A stretch of 64,000 bases of DNA from NCBI GenBank assembly GCA_965112735.1, contig OZ218954.1, positions 2,480,001 to 2,544,000 on the forward strand, written 5' to 3'. The position numbers were made by a program, and so were the translations under genes. Below are positions 57,546-64,000 of the stretch, piece after piece. The notes under the pieces were generated by a model, which ran no database searches, was not told the origin of the DNA, and saw nothing but the letters and a program-made list of their open reading frames with translations. The stretch comes from Phaeosaccion multiseriatum. Lineage: Eukaryota; Protista; Ochrophyta, other classes. Position 1 is the first letter of the stretch. Each line of letters begins with the position of its first letter.

Positions 57546-60500
57546 CAGTGGGGCGTTGAATGGGTCAAGAGGCCCAATCTGGCCGCTGTTCCGAAGCACC
57601 CAGTTGCGTGGCACAAGAAAACAGCCAAACGAACCGTCGGTGGGCCACTAAATGCCCACGCAGAGCATTGGATCAGCACGGCTGGCCTACACAAGACACT
57701 GCATTGCCGCAACAGCGCCCAGTGGGACATTAAATGGGCTCAACAGGCCCAATCTGGCCCCTGGTTAGGCCCAAAGCAATGCGGGGCACACACAGCCTAA
57801 ATGACGGGTTGGCGTGTCATACCATGCCCGCGCAGAGCATCGTATCAGCATGACTGGCCTATCCGACACACTGCATCGCCACAACAGCGCCCAGTGGGGT
57901 GACGAATACGCTCAACAGGCCCAATCTGGCCCCTGGTTGGGCCCAAAGCAAGCATTTGCGGGGCACAAACAGCCTAAATGACGGGTTGGCGTGTCATACC
58001 ATGCCCGCGCAGAGCATCGGATCATCACGACTGGCCTATCCGACACACTGCATCGCCACAACAGCGCCCAGTGGGACCTTGAATGGGCTCAACAGGCCCA
58101 ATCTGGCCCCTGGTTGGGCCCAAAGCAAGCATTTGCGGGGCACAAACAGCCTAAATGACGGGTTAGCGTGTCTCAACATGCCCGCGCAGAGCATTGGATC
58201 ATCACGACTGACCTGTCCGACACACTGCATCGCCACAACAGCGCCCAGTGGGGTGACGAATGGGCTCAACAGGCCCAATCTGGCCCCTGGTTGGGCCCAA
58301 AGCAAGCATTTGCGGGGCACAAACAGCCTAAATGACGGGTTGGCGTGTCATACCATGCCCGCGCAGAGCATCGGATCATCACGACTGGCCTATCCGACAC
58401 ACTGCATCGCCACAACAGCGCCCAGTGGGACCTTGAATGGGCTCAACAGGCCCAATCTGGCCCCTGGTTGGGCCCAAAGCAAGCATTTGCGGGGCACAAA
58501 CAGCCTAAATGACGGGTTAGTGTGTCATACCATGCTTGCGCAGAGCATCGGATCAGCACGACTGGCCTATCCGACACACTGCATCGCCACAACAGCGCCC
58601 ACTGGGACGTCGAATGGGCTCAACAGGCCCAATCTGGCCCCTGGTTGGGCCCAAAGCAAGCATTTGCGGGGCACAAACAGCCTAAATGACGGGTTGGCGT
58701 GTCATACCATGCCCGCGCAGAGCATCGGATCATCACTACTGGCCTATCCGACACACTGCATCGCCACAACAGCGCCCAGTGGGACCTTGAATGGGCTCAA
58801 CAGGCCCAATCTGGCCCCTGGTTGGGCCCAAAGCAAGCATTTGCGGGGCACAAACAGCCTAAATGACGGGTTGGTGTGTCATACCATGCCCGCGCAGAGC
58901 ATCGTATCAGCACGACTGGCCTATCCGACACACTGCATCGCCACAACAGCGCCCAGTGGGGTGACGAATACGCTCAACAGGCCCAATCTGGCCCCTGGTT
59001 GGGCCCCAAGCAAGCATTTGCGGGGCACAAACAGCCTGAATGACGGTTTGGCGTGTCATACCATGCCCGCGCAGAGCATCGTATCAGCACGACTGGCCTA
59101 TCCGACACACTGCATCGCCACAACAGCGCCCACTGGGTCGTCGAATGGGCTCAACAGGCCCAATCTGGCCCCTGGTTGGGCCCAAAGCAAGCATTTGCGG
59201 GGCACAAACAGCCTAAATGACGGGTTGGCGTGTCTCAACATGCCCGCGCAGAGCATCGGATCATCACGACTGGCCTATCCGACACACTGCATCGCCACAA
59301 CAGCGCCCAGTGGGACCTTGAATGGGCTCAACAGGCCCAATCTGGCCCCTGGTTGGGCCCAAAGCAAGCATTTGCGGGGCACAAACAGCCTAAATGACGG
59401 GTTGGCGTGTCTCAACATGCCCGCGCAGAGCATCGGATCATCACGACTGGCCTATCCGACACACTGCATCGCCACAACAGCGCCCAGTGGGACATTGAAT
59501 GGGCTCAACAGGCCCAATCTGGCCCCTGGTTGGGCCCAAAGCAAGCATTTGCGGGGCACAAACAGCCTAAATGACGGGTTGGTGTGTCATACCATGCTTG
59601 CGCAGAGCATTGGATCATCACGACTGGCCTATCCGACACACTGCATCGCCACAACAGCGCCCAGTGGGACCTTGAATGGGCTCAACAGGCCCAATCTGGC
59701 CCCTGGTTGGGCCCAAAGCAAGCATTTGCGGGGCACAAACAGCCTAAATGACGGGTTGGCGTGTCATACCATGCCCGCGCAGAGCATCGGATCATCACGA
59801 CTGGCCTATCCGACACACTGCATCGCCACAACAGCGCCCAGTGGGACATTGAATGGGCTCAACAGGCCCAATCTGGCCCCTGGTTGGGCCCAAAGCAAGC
59901 ATTTGCGGGGCACAAACAGCCTAAATGACGGGTTGGTGTGTCATACCATGCTTGCGCAGAGCATCGGATCATCACGACTGGCCTATCCGACACACTGCAT
60001 CGCCACAACAGCGCCCACTGGGACCTTTAATGGGCTCAACAGGCCCAATCTGGCCCCTGGTTGGGCCCAAAGCAAGCATTTGCGGGGCACAAACAGCCTA
60101 AATGACGGGTTAGTGTGTCATACCATGCCTGCGCAGAGCATCGGATCATCACGACTGGCCTATCCGACACACTGCATCGCCACAACAGCGCCCAGTGGGA
60201 CCTTGAATGGGCTCAACAGGCCCAATCTGGCCCCTGGTTGGGCCCAAAGCAAGCATTTGCGGGGCACAAACAGCCTAAATGACGGGTTGGTGTGTCATAC
60301 CATGCCCGCGCAGAGCATCGGATCATCACGACTGGCCTATCCGACACACTGCATCGCCACAACAGCGCCCAGTGGGGCCTTGAATGGGCTCAACAGGCCC
60401 AATCTGGCCCCTGGTTGGGCCCAAAGCAAGCATTTGCGGGGCACAAACAGCCTAAATGACGGGTTGGCGTGTCTCAACATGCCCGCGCAGAGCATCGGAT

Positions 60501-63500
60501 CATCACGACTGGCCTATCCGACACACTGCATCGCCACAACAGCGCCCAGTGGGACATTGAATGGGCTCAACAGGCCCAATCTGGCCCCTGGTTGGGCCCA
60601 AAGCAAGCATTTGCGGGGCACAAACAGCCTAAATGACGGGTTGGTGTGTCATACCATGCCCGCGCAGAGCATCGGATCATCACGACTGGCCTATCCGACA
60701 CACTGCATCGCCACAACAGCGCCCAGTGGGACCTTGAATGGGCTCAACAGGCCCAATCTGGCCCCTGGTTGGGCCCAAAGCAAGCATTTGCGGGGCACAA
60801 ACAGCCTAAATGACGGGTTGGCGTGTCTCAACATGCCCGCGCAGAGCATCGGATCATCACGACTGGCCTATCCGACACACTGCATCGCCACAACAGCGCC
60901 CAGTGGGACCTTGAATGGGCTCAACAGGCCCAATCTGGCCCCTGGTTGGGCCCAAAGCAAGCATTTGCGGGGCACAAACAGCCTAAATGACGGGTTGGTG
61001 TGTCATACCATGCCCGCGCAGAGCATCGGATCATCACGACTGGCCTATCCGACACACTGCATCGCCACAACAGCGCCCAGTGGGACCTTGAATGGGCTCA
61101 ACAGGCCCAATCTGGCCCCTGGTTGGGCCCAAAGCAAGCATTTGCGGGGCACAAACAGCCTAAATGACGGGTTGGTGTGTCATACCATGCCCGCGCAGAG
61201 CATCGTATCAGCACGACTGGCCTATCCGACACACTGCATCGCCACAACAGCGCCCAGTGGGGTGACGAGTACGCTCAACAGGCCCAATCTGGCCCCTGGT
61301 TGGGCCCCAAGCAAGCATTTGCGGGGCACAAACAGCCTGAATGACGGTTTGGCGTGTCATACCATGCCCGCGCAGAGCATCGTATCAGCACGACTGGCCT
61401 ATCCGACACACTGCATCGCCACAACAGCGCCCACTGGGTCGTCGAATGGGCTCAACAGGCCCAATCTGGCCCCTGGTTGGGCCCAAAGCAAGCATTTGCG
61501 GGGCACAAACAGCCTAAATGACGGGTTGGTGTGTCATACCATGCCCGCGCAGAGCATCGTATCAGCACGACTGGCCTATCCGACACACTGCATCGCCACA
61601 ACAGCGCCCACTGGGTCGTCGAATGGGCTCAACAGGCCCAATCTGGCCCCTGGTTGGGCCCAAAGCAAGCATTTGCGGGGCACAAACAGCCTAAATGACG
61701 GGTTGGCGTGTCTCAACATGCCCGCGCAGAGCATCGGATCATCACGACTGGCCTATCCGACACACTGCATCGCCACAACAGCGACCAGTGGGACCTTGAA
61801 TGCGCTCAACAGGCCCAATCTGGCCCCTGGTTGGGCCCAAAGCAAGCATTTGCGGGGCACAAACAGCCTAAATGACGGGTTGGCGTGTCTCAACATGCCC
61901 GCGCAGAGCATCGGATCATCACGACTGGCCTATCCGACACACTGCATCGCCACAACAGCGCCCAGTGGGACCTTGAATGGGCTCAACAGGCCCAATCTGG
62001 CCCCTGGTTGGGCCCAAAGCAAGCATTTGCGGGGCACAAACAGCCTAAATGACGGGTTGGTGTGTCATACCATGCTTGCGCAGAGCATTGGATCATCACG
62101 ACTGGCCTATCCGACACACTGCATCGCCACAACAGCGCCCACTGGGACCTTGAATGGGCTCAACAGGCCCAATCTGGCCCCTGGTTGGGCCCAAAGCAAG
62201 CATTTGCGGGGCACAAACAGCCTAAATGACGGGTTGGCGTGTCATACCATGCCCGCGCAGAGCATCGGATCATCACGACTGGCCTATCCGACACACTGCA
62301 TCGCCACAACAGCGCCCAGTGGGACATTGAATGGGCTCAACAGGCCCAATCTGGCCCCTGGTTGGGCCCAAAGCAAGCATTTGCGGGGCACAAACAGCCT
62401 AAATGACGGGTTGGTGTGTCATACCATGCTTGCGCAGAGCATCGGATCATCACGACTGGCCTATCCGACACACTGCATCGCCACAACAGCGCCCACTGGG
62501 ACCTTTAATGGGCTCAACAGGCCCAATCTGGCCCCTGGTTGGGCCCAAAGCAAGCATTTGCGGGGCACAAACAGCCTAAATGACGGGTTAGTGTGTCATA
62601 CCATGCCTGCGCAGAGCATCGGATCATCACGACTGGCCTATCCGACACACTGCATCGCCACAACAGCGCCCAGTGGGACCTTGAATGGGCTCAACAGGCC
62701 CAATCTGGCCCCTGGTTGGGCCCAAAGCAAGCATTTGCGGGGCACAAACAGCCTAAATGACGGGTTGGTGTGTCATACCATGCCCGCGCAGAGCATCGGA
62801 TCATCACGACTGGCCTATCCGACACACTGCATCGCCACAACAGCGCCCAGTGGGACCTTGAATGGGCTCAACAGGCCCAATCTGGCCCCTGGTTGGGCCC
62901 AAAGCAAGCATTTGCGGGGCACAAACAGCCTAAATGACGGGTTGGCGTGTCTCAACATGCCCGCGCAGAGCATCGGATCATCACGACTGGCCTATCCGAC
63001 ACACTGCATCGCCACAACAGCGCCCAGTGGGACATTGAATGGGCTCAACAGGCCCAATCTGGCCCCTGGTTGGGCCCAAAGCAAGCATTTGCGGGGCACA
63101 AACAGCCTAAATGACGGGTTGGTGTGTCATACCATGCCCGCGCAGAGCATCGGATCATCACGACTGGCCTATCCGACACACTGCATCGCCACAACAGCGC
63201 CCACTGGGACCTTTAATGGGCTCAACAGGCCCAATCTGGCCCCTGGTTGGGCCCAAAGCAAGCATTTGAGGGGCACAAACAGCCTAAATGACGGGTTAGT
63301 GTGTCATACCATGCCTGCGCAGAGCATCGGATCATCACGACTGGCCTATCCGACACACTGCATCGCCACAACAGCGCCCAGTGGGACCTTGAATGGGCTC
63401 AACAGGCCCAATCTGGCCCCTGGTTGGGCCCAAAGCAAGCATTTGCGGGGCACAAACAGCCTAAATGACGGGTTGGCGTGTCATACCATGCCCGCGCAGA

Positions 63501-64000
63501 GCATCGGATCATCACTACTGGCCTATCCGACACACTGCATCGCCACAACAGCGCCCAGTGGGACCTTGAATGGGCTCAACAGGCCCAATCTGGCCCCTGG
63601 TTGGGCCCAAAGCAAGCATTTGCGGGGCACAAACAGCCTAAATGACGGGTTGGTGTGTCATACCATGCCCGCGCAGAGCATCGTATCAGCACGACTGGCC
63701 TATCCGACACACTGTATCGCCACAACAGCGCCCAGTGGGGTGACGAATACGCTCAACAGGCCCAATCTGGCCCCTGGTTGGGCCCCAAGCAAGCATTTGC
63801 GGGGCACAAACAGCCTGAATGACGGTTTGGCGTGTCATACCATGCCCGCGCAGAGCATCGTATCAGCACGACTGGCCTATCCGACACACTGCATCGCCAC
63901 AACAGCGCCCACTGGGTCGTCGAATGGGCTCAACAGGCCCAATCTGGCCCCTGGTTGGGCCCAAAGCAAGCATTTGCGGGGCACAAACAGCCTAAATGAC
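57546..64000 (+). repeat. 177-bp satellite array, ~36 copies, runs off the window
   Basis: Equivalent positions 177 bp apart (58024/58201, 60844/61021); first monomer diverged, the rest highly similar. Confidence 0.97.

Noticed and set aside
57546-64000. CRISPR array
   Set aside because: Whole 177-bp monomers repeat, variable windows recur rather than being unique spacers, no cas genes, eukaryotic context
1-64000. tRNA, rRNA or telomeric repeats
   Set aside because: None recognised by eye; tRNAscan-SE or Infernal would be needed to exclude small RNAs

Overview
Eukaryotic nuclear DNA, GC-rich and compact with many short spliceosomal introns. It is most likely a photosynthetic stramenopile (ochrophyte), given bipartite signal+transit peptides with an ASAFAP-like motif, nitrate reductase and plastid SBPase. 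0-53 kb is a dense gene block: CSN8, nitrate reductase, a hypothetical protein, an anoctamin-C2 fusion, Mago nashi and Y14 head-to-head, a small multidrug export protein, CSN1, a small plastid membrane protein, NOB1, SBPase, a decayed ion-channel/EF-hand gene in a microsatellite island, a PPR protein, an OXA1/COX18 insertase, an intronless coiled-coil/C2 protein, TRF4/PAPD5, and a ~3000-aa cyclophilin carrying nine near-identical RanBP2-zinc-finger/FG/acidic repeats. Intergenic gaps hold a family of MITEs with TCGRCCCC termini and 6-7 bp TSDs. A 3.55-kb element with 373-bp direct terminal repeats is flanked by a 178-bp duplication of a host gene start. 53-64 kb is an orphan-ORF island bracketed by inverted repeats; its right arm runs into a 177-bp satellite array (>=36 copies, 13-14-mer higher-order structure) that continues off the window. 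Gene coordinates span introns; all family calls are from motif recognition, not database searches.
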